DNA of 43,544 nt from Chloroflexota bacterium (GCA_016202485.1 JACQOP010000138.1:1-43544), one strand, 5' to 3'; positions 17,626 to 26,692 are shown, counted from the stretch's first letter. Translations and numbers: made by a program. The notes: generated by a model from the letters alone, not told the origin.

Positions 17626-18225
17626 ATGAAAGCACTGAGCATAGCACTGGTACAGCCGTTAGGAGCAGCGCTGCGTGGCTGCCGGAGGGCGTGGGTGTTG
17701 ACCCTTGTCCTGGTATCGGTCTCCACGGTGATGGGCTGCTCTCGCGGCGCATACCCCTTGGATTTCTTCTCGGAAATGCACTATAACCAGTCCCACAAGA
17801 TACAGGAGCCACCGAGCCTGTCTGCCCCTGGGGACTCGGTGCCGGTGACAGGACGGGAGCTGGCCTATACCCTGGTGGAGGCCCGGGGGCTGGAGAACCC
17901 GGTTGCCGCCGACGATGCTTCCATTGCCCGGGGAGCATCGCTGTACCAGGTGAACTGCGCCGTGTGCCACGGCGCAGGCGCCAAGGGAGACGGCCCCATG
18001 CGGGAGCGGCTGACGGTTGCTGGGTACGGCGGCAGGCCGGCAGACCTGACCGCCACAGGGCCTACCAAGAACAAGGCGGATGGAGAGGTCTACCTCACCA
18101 TGAGCAAGGGGTTTGCGGCGACCTATGGCCTCCCTGCGGCGAACTTTGTGATGCCAGGCTTTGAGAAGCTGCTGACACCGGAGGGCCGCTGGGCTATTAT
18201 CAACTACCTGCGGACGCTGGAGTAG
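17626..18225 (+). CDS. actE: ACIII monoheme cytochrome c lipoprotein ActE
   Basis: Lipobox-like STVMGC and a single CAVCH heme site. The start was moved to ATG 17626. Confidence 0.8.
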   Translation: MKALSIALVQPLGAALRGCRRAWVLTLVLVSVSTVMGCSRGAYPLDFFSEMHYNQSHKIQEPPSLSAPGDSVPVTGRELAYTLVEARGLENPVAADDASIARGASLYQVNCAVCHGAGAKGDGPMRERLTVAGYGGRPADLTATGPTKNKADGEVYLTMSKGFAATYGLPAANFVMPGFEKLLTPEGRWAIINYLRTLE

Positions 18226-18251
18226 GGCGTCAGTTTGAATGGAATGGGGAA

Positions 18252-18288
18252 ATGCCCAGGAACTACTTCCTGGGCATCCTTCTTTTCC
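18252..18288 (+). terminator. Rho-independent terminator after actE
   Basis: An 11-bp perfect stem atgcccaggaa / ttcctgggcat with loop ctac and tail ccttcttttcc. Confidence 0.65.
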
Positions 18289-18369
18289 AGGAGGCCTACC
18301 TGCTCAAAAGTGGGCAAGGGGAAGGCCCTATCTGGTATACTGGTGGGTAGCTTTAGATACGGGACCACC

Positions 18370-18918
18370 GTGAAACAGCCTTTACTTCCAGCCTTACCCC
18401 TCCTGCTCCTCCTGCTGCTGGCTGTGCTCCTGGGAGCGGGGTGCGTCACCCAGAGCGCCAGGACGGTGGACGACGAGGTCCGTTCCATCAGCTCCAGCCT
18501 GATGTGCCCGGTGTGCCCGGCGGAGACGGTTGACCAGTCCCAGGTGCCCTTGGCGAAGCAGATGCAGGAGATTGTGCGAGAGAAGGTACAGGCAGGGGAG
18601 TCCCGCCAGGAGATACTGGACTTCTTTGTGGAACGCTACGGCGACCAGGTGCTGGCGGCTCCACCCAAGAGGGGCTTCAACCTGATCGCGTGGGTTGTCC
18701 CCGGCATTGGGCTGTTAGCTGGCGGGGCGCTGGTGGCATACACGGTGCGCAGGATGCGGCGGCCGCAGCGTGGGGAGCAGACCAACCCCTTTGTCTCTGC
18801 CCATAACGGTGAGCCAGATGGGGAGCTGGGGCCGTACCTGACCCAGGTGGATGAGGACCTGCGCCGCCTGCTGGGCGGCCCCGGCCTGGCGGCGGAAGGC
18901 CCTCCGGGGCGAGGGTAG
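18370..18918 (+). CDS. ccmH: Cytochrome c-type biogenesis protein CcmH/NrfF-like
   Basis: LMCPVCPAETVDQS (the CxxC of CcmH), a lipobox-like LLGAGC and a C-terminal TM. GTG start at 18370. Confidence 0.8.
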   Translation: MKQPLLPALPLLLLLLLAVLLGAGCVTQSARTVDDEVRSISSSLMCPVCPAETVDQSQVPLAKQMQEIVREKVQAGESRQEILDFFVERYGDQVLAAPPKRGFNLIAWVVPGIGLLAGGALVAYTVRRMRRPQRGEQTNPFVSAHNGEPDGELGPYLTQVDEDLRRLLGGPGLAAEGPPGRG

Positions 18919-18919
18919 C

Positions 18920-20911
18920 ATGGCCCAGATTGGCACCATTTCCCTCTACATAGCCCTGGCGCTGGCCGTCTATGCCCTAGCGGCGGCGGTGCTGGGCAAG
19001 ACCCGTCGGTCGGCGCAGCTTGTGGAGAGCGCGCGATACGCATCCTATCTGATCCCCGTCATGCTGGGCATAGCGACCCTGGCCCTGGTCTCGGCGTTCC
19101 TGCAGCGAGACTTCAGCGTGAGCTACGTGGCGGCGCATAGCAACCTGGCCATGAACCCCATCTATACGTGGGTGGCCTTCTACGCCGGCAATGAGGGGTC
19201 GTTGCTATATGTGGCCTTTGCCCTGTCCATCTTTGTGGCGCTGGTCGTGGTGTTCCTGCCTTCATCTATGAAGGAGAGCCTACCGGCAACCCTGGCCATC
19301 CTGATGGGCATCATGGTCTTTTTCCTGGTGGTGATGGTTTCGCTGGCCAATCCCTTTGCGGTGCTGGCCAGGCCCCCAGCGGACGGCCAGGGCATCAACC
19401 CGCTGCTTACCCACCCCGGCATGTTTTTTCATCCGCCCATGCTCATGGCGGGCCTCATCAGCATCTCCGTCCCCTTTTCGGTGGTCATGGGCCAGATGGT
19501 TTCCGGCAAGGTAGGAGACGAGTGGGTGGATCTGGCGCGGGCCTGGACACTGGTGGCATGGGCTTTCCTGGGCGTGGGGCTGCTACTGGGTTCCTGGTGG
19601 GCGTATACCATCCTGGGCTGGGGAGGGTACTGGGCCTGGGACCCCATTGAGAACGTGGCGCTGATGCCCTGGCTGGTGCTCACTGCCTTTGTCCACTCCA
19701 TCATGGTGCAAAAGCGACGGGGCATGTTCCGCATGTGGAACGTGGTGCTCATGAACGTCGCCTTCACCTTGGCCCTCTTCGGCATCTTCATCAACCGGGG
19801 CGGGCCGGTGCCATCGGTGCACTCATTCGCCTCTTCGGCCCTGGGCTGGGTGTTTCTGGTGTTCCTGGGAGCGAGCCTGGTCTTCTCCTTTGGCGTCTTC
19901 CTGTGGCGGTTCAACGCCCTGCGGGGCATAGTGTCCCTGGAGTCGTCCCTATCGCGGGAGGCGGCGTTCCTGCTGAACAACCTGCTCTTCCTGGGTGTGA
20001 CCTTTGTCACGCTGTGGGGCGTGGTGTTTCCTCTGGTTTCCCAGGTCTTCCAGGGGGTGACGGTGACGGTAGCCGCCCCCTTCTACAACCAGATCAACGG
20101 GCCGTTATTTCTGGCCTTGTTGCTGCTCATGGGTGTGGGCCCCTTGCTGCCCTGGCGGAGGTCCTCCTGGGCCACGGTGGGCCGGGCCCTGCGGGCGCCG
20201 GCCATAGGAGCGATAGTTGCGATGGCGCTGCTGGCCCTGTTGGGCATCGGCAATCCTTTGGCATTGGTCTCCTTTGGGCTGTGCGCCCTGGTGACGGTGA
20301 GCGTGAGCCAGGAGTGGGTGCGGGGCGTCATGGCCCGGCGTCACCGGGGGGAGAACTACCTCCTGGCCTTTGGGCGGCTTATTGCCGCCAACCGGCCGCG
20401 GTATGGGGGGTACGTGGTGCACCTGGCCATCGTGCTGCTGGCGGTGGGGGTTACCGGCACCACCTTCTTTGGGGCGACGAGGGACGTGAACCTGGCCCCA
20501 GGCGATGAGGTGTCCGTTGGCGGCTATACGGTGTGCTACCTGGGGGAGCGTACCAGGGACTTTGCCGACCGGAGGGAGTTCTTCAACGATTTGCTGGTGA
20601 CCTTGCCCAATGGCAGGGAAATGTACATGACCGCATGGCGGGCCTTTTATCCCGACCAGCGCATTGCCGCGACCCATGCGGCCATCCGCTCCACGCCCCT
20701 GGAGGACCTCTACGTGGTCTCCAGCGAGTCTCTAGAGGATGGACGCGTCGTGTTCCGCATCCTGGTGAACCCTCTGGTGTGGTGGATGTGGGTGGCAGGA
20801 GTGGTGTTCATCCTCGGCACGCTGATCGCCCTGTGGCCCCAGCGGGGATTTGCCCTGGCGCCGGCCTCGTCCAGGGGGCAGGCGGCGGCGCCCGTCAGGG
20901 TTGACCTATGA
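18920..20911 (+). CDS. ccmF: Cytochrome c heme lyase subunit CcmF
   Basis: WWD motif WGGYWAWDPIENVALMPWL in a polytopic protein of about 660 aa. It starts 2 nt after the ccmH stop. Confidence 0.9.
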   Translation: MAQIGTISLYIALALAVYALAAAVLGKTRRSAQLVESARYASYLIPVMLGIATLALVSAFLQRDFSVSYVAAHSNLAMNPIYTWVAFYAGNEGSLLYVAFALSIFVALVVVFLPSSMKESLPATLAILMGIMVFFLVVMVSLANPFAVLARPPADGQGINPLLTHPGMFFHPPMLMAGLISISVPFSVVMGQMVSGKVGDEWVDLARAWTLVAWAFLGVGLLLGSWWAYTILGWGGYWAWDPIENVALMPWLVLTAFVHSIMVQKRRGMFRMWNVVLMNVAFTLALFGIFINRGGPVPSVHSFASSALGWVFLVFLGASLVFSFGVFLWRFNALRGIVSLESSLSREAAFLLNNLLFLGVTFVTLWGVVFPLVSQVFQGVTVTVAAPFYNQINGPLFLALLLLMGVGPLLPWRRSSWATVGRALRAPAIGAIVAMALLALLGIGNPLALVSFGLCALVTVSVSQEWVRGVMARRHRGENYLLAFGRLIAANRPRYGGYVVHLAIVLLAVGVTGTTFFGATRDVNLAPGDEVSVGGYTVCYLGERTRDFADRREFFNDLLVTLPNGREMYMTAWRAFYPDQRIAATHAAIRSTPLEDLYVVSSESLEDGRVVFRILVNPLVWWMWVAGVVFILGTLIALWPQRGFALAPASSRGQAAAPVRVDL

Positions 20912-21354
20912 CCTGGTTTATTGCCATCCTGCTGGGGACGCTGGCCTTGCTGGTGGCAGCCCTCCCCTTCCTGTGGAAGCGCTCCGTTCCCCAGGCCGCG
21001 CCTGACCCCATGCCGGACCCGGTAGAGGAACTGCAGGCGCGCCGGCAAGCCATCTATCATGAGGTCCAGTTGCTGCACAACGACTGGAGCATCGGCCAGG
21101 TGACGGAGGCTGAGTACCGAGAGCGGCTGCAGGGGTACCGCCTCCAGGCGGCGGCGTTGCTAAGGGAGGAGATTCGTCTGCGGGAGCTGGAGGAGCGCTT
21201 GGAAGAGGAGGTGCTGGCGGTGCGTGCGGAAGGTAAGGCGCTGTCTGAAGCAGAGACGGTGGCCTGTCCCAATTGCAGCCGCCTGCTGGAGGTGGGGATG
21301 GCGCAGTGCCCGGCCTGTGGCGCTGTGGTGACAGAGGCGGCCCCTCATGGCTAG
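20908..21354 (+). CDS. Membrane-anchored coiled-coil protein with C-terminal zinc ribbon
   Basis: ATGA overlap with ccmF. One N-terminal TM, an acidic/basic helical region, and CPNC...CPAC. Confidence 0.55.
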   Translation: MTWFIAILLGTLALLVAALPFLWKRSVPQAAPDPMPDPVEELQARRQAIYHEVQLLHNDWSIGQVTEAEYRERLQGYRLQAAALLREEIRLRELEERLEEEVLAVRAEGKALSEAETVACPNCSRLLEVGMAQCPACGAVVTEAAPHG

Positions 21355-22588
21355 GCGGCGCTCAAATCCAAAGTGGTGGCTCCTGCTGCTCCTGGCCGCG
21401 GTGGCGGTCCTTGTTCTGATGGCAAGGACGACGCGGGCCCAGGAGGCAGGGCCGGCGGTCTCCGGGCAGGTGGTAAATGGCACCGAAGGGAGCGCGGTCC
21501 CGGGAAACCTGGTTATGCTGCTGGAGACCTATTCCGCAGACCAGTTCCTGGGCGCGCGGACTGTCATGGCCGATGAGCAGGGACGGTTCACTTTTGCCGA
21601 CGTCCCCTCCGGCGCGACGGTGTACTATGTGGGGACGGTGCACCTGGGAGTGCCCTATAGCACACCGGTTGAGGCGGACGCCGACCTGTCGGATGTTACT
21701 GTAACCATCTATGAGACAACAGAGACCCTGGACCTGGTGAGCTTTGTCAGCAGCTCCTTGCTTGTAATCGGCGCTGACCCCGAGACCCGCCGCGTCTCCT
21801 TTTTTGAGTTGGTGCAGGTGCGCAATAGCGGCGACCGGACCTTTGTGCCCAACCAGGGCGGCGTCATGGGCTTCCTGCGGTTCCCTTTGCCGGAGGGCGC
21901 GGAAGACCTGGAGGTGCAGGCGGACCTTCCCAGCGGTGAAGCGATCCTGGTGGACCGTGGCGTGGGCCTGACTGCGCCGGTACCGCCGGGAGAGTACAGC
22001 GTGGCTTTTGGCTATGCCCTTCCCTACAAGGGCGACAGCTCGGAGTTTTCCCGCACCTTCCTTGAGGGCATGGGCCGTTTCCGGGTGCTGGTGCCCCAGG
22101 GAGTGGCCCAGGTGACCGGCGATGGGTCTATGACCAGCACAACAACGGCGGTAGAGGGTCTGGCCTTCTGGCTGCTGGAGGCCGTGGACGTGCCGCTTGG
22201 GGGCGCTCTCCGCTTCACCCTTCGTAGCCTGCCACAGCCGACGCTGTGGCAGCGTGTGACCTCGGCTGCCGGCGGAGACGTAGCTGTCTTGGCGGCTCCC
22301 GGGCTCCTGGTAGTGGGTCTGGGACTCCTCCTGCTCCTGGGGGCCTTGCGCAGGGCTGCGCCTGGGGCAGAGGCTCCAGCCCTGGTACCCTCAGACCGGG
22401 GAGGCTTGCTGAGGGCCGTCGCAGCTCTGGATGACGCATGCGAGGCCGGCGAGCTATCGGAGGAGGTATACGACCGGCAGCGGGGTATACTGATGATACG
22501 GCTGCTCCTGCTGGAGCGGCAGGGCTTACCAATCCCCCTTAGTCCCCCTTCCCTGAAGGGAAGGGGGAAAGGAGAAGAGCTACCGTGA
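21347..22588 (+). CDS. Secreted/membrane protein with CarboxypepD_reg-like domain and C-terminal TM
   Basis: Signal peptide, then SGQVVNGTEGSAVPG...GRFTFADVPSG, and a late TM (VAVLAAPGLLVVGLGLLLLLGAL). It overlaps the previous gene by 8 nt. Confidence 0.6.
   Translation: MARRRSNPKWWLLLLLAAVAVLVLMARTTRAQEAGPAVSGQVVNGTEGSAVPGNLVMLLETYSADQFLGARTVMADEQGRFTFADVPSGATVYYVGTVHLGVPYSTPVEADADLSDVTVTIYETTETLDLVSFVSSSLLVIGADPETRRVSFFELVQVRNSGDRTFVPNQGGVMGFLRFPLPEGAEDLEVQADLPSGEAILVDRGVGLTAPVPPGEYSVAFGYALPYKGDSSEFSRTFLEGMGRFRVLVPQGVAQVTGDGSMTSTTTAVEGLAFWLLEAVDVPLGGALRFTLRSLPQPTLWQRVTSAAGGDVAVLAAPGLLVVGLGLLLLLGALRRAAPGAEAPALVPSDRGGLLRAVAALDDACEAGELSEEVYDRQRGILMIRLLLLERQGLPIPLSPPSLKGRGKGEELP
22544..22567. 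repeat. Perfect 10-bp-stem hairpin (cccccttccc tgaa gggaaggggg)
   Basis: Seen directly. It lies in the last codons of the 21347..22588 ORF, just before the tlpA-like GTG. Confidence 0.6.
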
Positions 22589-23148
22589 GCCGGCGGGCTG
22601 TTGCGCTGGCGGCGCTACTGCCCGCAGTAGCACTGTTGGCCCTGTTGGGGTGGGCTCTGGCCAAGTCCGGCGGGCAGCCCGGGGGCTTCGGCATCAACAA
22701 TGTCTTCGGTGAGGTGGAGGCGCGCCCAGGGCCTGCGCCAGCCCTGACACTGACCACTCTGGACGGCCAGGAGGTGACGCTGGAGGACCTGAGGGGCAAG
22801 GTGGTGATGGTGGACTTCTGGAGCTCCTGGTGTCCTCCGTGCGTCGCGGAAGCCCCTGTCCTGGAAGCCACCTACCGCCTGTACAGGGACAAGGGCGTGG
22901 AGTTTGTAGGCGTGGCCATCTGGGATGAGCGGGGAGCCGTGGAAAATCATGTGCGCCTCTTCGGTGTCAGCTACCTCAACGGGCTGGATGACCTGGGCAA
23001 GATAGCGGTAGACTACGGCGTGCGGGGCATCCCGGAGAAGTTCTTCATAGATAGGGAAGGTAACCTGGTGAGGAAGTTCGTAGGGCCGGCCTCAGAGAGA
23101 CAACTGGGGGGTATCCTGGACGCCTTGCTATCACCTGCGGAAGGGTAA
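22585..23148 (+). CDS. Thiol:disulfide oxidoreductase, TlpA/ResA/CcmG family
   Basis: Membrane anchor plus FWSSWCPPCVAEAP (thioredoxin CxxC). Confidence 0.85.
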   Translation: MSRRAVALAALLPAVALLALLGWALAKSGGQPGGFGINNVFGEVEARPGPAPALTLTTLDGQEVTLEDLRGKVVMVDFWSSWCPPCVAEAPVLEATYRLYRDKGVEFVGVAIWDERGAVENHVRLFGVSYLNGLDDLGKIAVDYGVRGIPEKFFIDREGNLVRKFVGPASERQLGGILDALLSPAEG

Positions 23149-23157
23149 GGTGGAGGT

Positions 23158-23544
23158 ATGCAGTGGTGGCAAGTTGTGGCGCTGGCGGCAGGCGCGATGG
23201 TGGTCCTGGGCCTGCTGCTGTACTGGGCGGTGAAGGCCCTTTCAGCACGGGAGCCGTACCGCTCCTTCATGAAACTGTCCACCCGGAACAAGGCGGCGTT
23301 TTTCAAAGGGCTGCTCAAGGACGGGAGCGTCCCATGGTGGGTCAAGTCCGCGCCGCTCCTGCTGGTGGTGTACCTGGCAATCCCTATAGACCTTATTCCT
23401 GACTTTATTCCAGTGCTGGGGTACATGGACGACGTTGGGGTAGTCCTGCTGACCCTGGCCTTTGTGCTGCGGTTTACGCCCAAAACGGCCGTAGCAAGAT
23501 TGCTGGGGGAGCTGGGCAAGGCGGCGGAAGGCGATACGACGTAG
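23158..23544 (+). CDS. DUF1232 (YkvA-like) membrane protein
   Basis: AIPIDLIPDFIPVLGYMDDVGVV motif. SD ggagg. Confidence 0.8.
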   Translation: MQWWQVVALAAGAMVVLGLLLYWAVKALSAREPYRSFMKLSTRNKAAFFKGLLKDGSVPWWVKSAPLLLVVYLAIPIDLIPDFIPVLGYMDDVGVVLLTLAFVLRFTPKTAVARLLGELGKAAEGDTT

Positions 23545-23557
23545 GCAGGAGGCTAGG

Positions 23558-24652
23558 ATGCGCAAGTATCACATCGTGACCATTGCGGGCGACGGCATCG
23601 GGCCGGAGATACTGGAGTCGGCGCTGGCGGTGCTGGCCCGGGTACAGGAGCTTTCGGGGGAGTTCGCGCTGGAGTACGAGGAGAGGGAGGGCGGCGCCGC
23701 GTGCTATGAGCGGCACGGGGTCAATCTGTCCAAAGAGTCCCTGGAGGCGTGCCGCACCGCAGACAGCGTGCTCAAGGCCCCCGTGGGCCTGCCCTGGGTG
23801 CGTTACCCCGATGGCACAGAAGCTGGGCTGCTGGGGGGCGTGCTTCGCAACGGCCTGGATCTGTACGCCAACGTGCGGCCGGTGAAGCTGTGGCCGGGGG
23901 TGGACGCGCCCATCAAGGCCAAGGCCGGAGAGATTGACTACGTGATCATCCGGGAGAATACTGAGGGACTGTACCTCTCCCGCGGACTGGGGGTAGGGAA
24001 CGACGAGGCGATGGCCGATATGCTGCTCATGACCCGCAAGGGCGTGGAGCGGGTGTGCCGTTTCGCTTTTGAGGCGGCCCGCAAACGCAGCGGCAGCCCC
24101 TCCGACGGCGTGCGGCGGGTCACCTGCGTTGACAAAAGCAACGTGCTCCGCTCCTTCGCCTTCTTCCGCCGCATCTTCCAGGAGGTGGGGGAGCAGTACC
24201 CGGATATAGAGCAGGACTTCCTGTACTCCGATGCAGCGGGGCAGGACCTGGTGCGCCGGCCCTGGCGCTTTGATGTGCTGGTAATGGAGAATTTTTTGGG
24301 CGACTTGTTAAGCGATTTAGGGGGAGGAACGGTGGGAGGGTTGGGCATGTGCCCCAGTGGAAACATCGGCGAGGGGGCCAGCTACTTTGAGCCTATCCAC
24401 GGCACTGCGCCGGACATCGCCGGCAAAGGTGTGGCCAATCCGCTGTCCCAGGTGCTGGCGGCGGCCATGATGCTGGACCACCTGGGGGAAACGGCGGCGG
24501 GCACGATGATACGGGACGCCGTGTGGGAGGCGCTGGTGCAGGAGGACCTGGTTATCCAGGCCAGTGGCCAGCCAAGGGGCGGCTCCCGGACAGCTACGGA
24601 GGCTATCCTGCGGCACTTGCGCCATGGGGTCGGGCCGCAGCGCGAACACTAA
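23558..24652 (+). CDS. Isocitrate/3-isopropylmalate/tartrate dehydrogenase family protein
   Basis: N-terminus HIVTIAGDGIGPEI and a NFLGDLLSDLGGG motif. Length about 364 aa. Substrate was not assigned. Confidence 0.85.
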   Translation: MRKYHIVTIAGDGIGPEILESALAVLARVQELSGEFALEYEEREGGAACYERHGVNLSKESLEACRTADSVLKAPVGLPWVRYPDGTEAGLLGGVLRNGLDLYANVRPVKLWPGVDAPIKAKAGEIDYVIIRENTEGLYLSRGLGVGNDEAMADMLLMTRKGVERVCRFAFEAARKRSGSPSDGVRRVTCVDKSNVLRSFAFFRRIFQEVGEQYPDIEQDFLYSDAAGQDLVRRPWRFDVLVMENFLGDLLSDLGGGTVGGLGMCPSGNIGEGASYFEPIHGTAPDIAGKGVANPLSQVLAAAMMLDHLGETAAGTMIRDAVWEALVQEDLVIQASGQPRGGSRTATEAILRHLRHGVGPQREH

Positions 24653-24665
24653 CGGAGTGTTTCCT

Positions 24666-25406
24666 ATGACTCTTTATTTGCACGAAATTGCAGAGACCAA
24701 TCACCGAATCCTCAATCCATTTACTGAAGATAAGCTGATGCTCCTTGGTGAGATTTGTCATCTCAAACCAGGGATGCGTCAGCTTGACCTTGCTTGCGGC
24801 AAGGGGGAAATGCTGTGCCAATGGGCGCGGCACTGGGGTATTCATGGTATCGGTGTGGACATCAGTAAAGTGTTTCTTATGGCTGCACACCAGCGCGCCG
24901 AGGAATTAGGAGTAGTCGATCAAGTAACGTTTATGGCAAGTGATGCCAGCCAATATGTTGCCGAAGCACGTAGCTTTGACATAGTTAGTTGCATCGGTGC
25001 AACCTGGATTGGAAATGGGTTGGCTGGAACACTTCAGTTGATGTTGCCAGGGGTGAAAGACGGTGGACTGGTGCTGGTTGGTGAACCATATTGGATAGAT
25101 GAGCCGCCAGACGAGGCCTATGAAGGGACTAACATTAGGAAAGACGATTTCACTTCTCTCAAAGGTACCCTGGACCGTATTGAGTCTGTTGGCTTGGAAC
25201 TAGTTGAAATGGTGGCGGCAAACACTGACACGTGCGACAGATATGTTGCCTCACAATGGTGGACGCTCAGCGAATGGTTGCATAGCAATCCTTCCGATCC
25301 CCGTGCATTCGCTGTCCGAGAAATGCTCATACGCGACCGACGGAACTATTTGCAATATGAACGGCGCTATTTGGGATGGGGAGTATTCGTACTGAAAGCA
25401 AAGTAA
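24666..25406 (+). CDS. Class I SAM-dependent methyltransferase
   Basis: Motif I LDLACGKGE. The gene looks more AT-rich by eye than its neighbours. Confidence 0.8.
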   Translation: MTLYLHEIAETNHRILNPFTEDKLMLLGEICHLKPGMRQLDLACGKGEMLCQWARHWGIHGIGVDISKVFLMAAHQRAEELGVVDQVTFMASDASQYVAEARSFDIVSCIGATWIGNGLAGTLQLMLPGVKDGGLVLVGEPYWIDEPPDEAYEGTNIRKDDFTSLKGTLDRIESVGLELVEMVAANTDTCDRYVASQWWTLSEWLHSNPSDPRAFAVREMLIRDRRNYLQYERRYLGWGVFVLKAK

Positions 25407-25495
25407 CGAATATTACTATGATGCTGTGGATTTACTTCCCAGTCCAGGGGTTGTACCCTACTGTGTCAAATCCCTTCCCTGGTGGACTGTAACTC

Positions 25496-26626
25496 ATGAC
25501 GTCTTTTCGCCTGCGCTGCATTGAATGCGCTGCTCTCCATGACGCCGGTGTACGCACCCTTGCCTGCCGCCGGTGCGGGTCGCCTCTAGAGGTGCTGTAT
25601 GAGGGTGATGGCCCTTCCTATGACGCCGATTTCTCTGGCATATGGGGCCTGGGCGCGCTCCTGCCCATAGGCGACCGGTCTTGCATCGTTTCCCTGGGGG
25701 AAGGCAATACCCCAGTGGTGCGCCTGGAAGGGGTGGGGCGGGGGCTGGGCCTGGTTAGCCTTTGGGGGAAGCTAGAGTACCAGGCTCCCACCGGTTCTTT
25801 CAAAGACCGGGGCACGACGGTGCTGATGTCGGCGCTGAAGGAGGCGGGGGTCAGGGAGATCGTGGAGGACTCCTCTGGCAATGCGGGGGCGTCCCTAGCG
25901 GCCTACGCCGCCCGGGCGGGCGTGGTCGCCCATATTTTTGCTCCCTCCTCGGCGCCGGTAGCAAAGCTCCAGCAGATACAGGTGTATGGGGCGAAGGTGC
26001 ATACGGTGGACGGCTCCCGGGAGGCCGCTACTGAGGCAGCCAAGGAGTTTGCTGAAGAGCGGGGATTGGTCTATGCGTCTCACAACCTCAGCTCGTATGT
26101 CGCTGAGGGCACCAAGACCTTCGCCTACGAGATAGCCCAGCAGATGGCGGGCCGTATGCCCCGGCACGTGGTCATCCCGGTAGGCAACGGCTCCCTGCTC
26201 ATTGGGGCGTGGAAGGGGTTTTTGGAGCTGCGGGCCAAGGGGGTCATCGCCGAGATGCCACACCTCTACGGCGTGCAGGCAGAGGTGGTGCAGCCCATCG
26301 CTGCGGCCTACGAGGGCCGGGAGTGGCGTCCCCAGGAAGGCTCTCGTACCATTGCCGGGGGTATTTCTGTGGGCCAGCCGCCGCGCCTGCGCCAGGCCCT
26401 GCGGGCTATGCAAGAGACGGGGGGACGTCCTGTGGCGGTAACGGACGAGGCGATCCTGCGGTGGCAACTGGCCCTGGCGCGCCAGGAGGGCATCTACGCC
26501 GAGCCGACCTCGGCGGCGGCCTTTGCGGGACTGGAGGCCCTGGTGAGCCTGGGCTTCATTGCGGCTGGGGATACGGTGCTGGCGCCGGTAACGGGCATTG
26601 GCCTGAAGGATGCGCCGCCGGTGTAG
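25496..26626 (+). CDS. thrC: Threonine synthase (short form with N-terminal zinc ribbon)
   Basis: CIEC...CRRC ribbon, PLP-lysine motif TGSFKDRG and SSGNAGAS. Confidence 0.85.
   Translation: MTSFRLRCIECAALHDAGVRTLACRRCGSPLEVLYEGDGPSYDADFSGIWGLGALLPIGDRSCIVSLGEGNTPVVRLEGVGRGLGLVSLWGKLEYQAPTGSFKDRGTTVLMSALKEAGVREIVEDSSGNAGASLAAYAARAGVVAHIFAPSSAPVAKLQQIQVYGAKVHTVDGSREAATEAAKEFAEERGLVYASHNLSSYVAEGTKTFAYEIAQQMAGRMPRHVVIPVGNGSLLIGAWKGFLELRAKGVIAEMPHLYGVQAEVVQPIAAAYEGREWRPQEGSRTIAGGISVGQPPRLRQALRAMQETGGRPVAVTDEAILRWQLALARQEGIYAEPTSAAAFAGLEALVSLGFIAAGDTVLAPVTGIGLKDAPPV
26579..26624 (+). repeat. 46-bp direct repeat, copy 1 (thrC 3' end)
   Basis: ctggcgccggtaacgggcattggcctgaaggaTgcgccgccggtgt is identical to 29914..29959 except for one base. 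Confidence 0.95.
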
Positions 26627-26661
26627 TCGCAAACTACTTCAGAGAATTGTGTCGCAGGGTA

Positions 26662-26692
26662 TTGAGCTTCTAGTTACTGGAAGGTCTATTGT
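26662..26692 (+). promoter_or_regulatory. MerR-family-type promoter/operator (19-bp spacer)
   Basis: TTGAGC-19 nt-TATTGT. The imperfect dyad AGCTTCT-N7-GGAAGGT spans the -35 element and spacer, in the same register as CueR/MerR-type operators. Confidence 0.5.
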
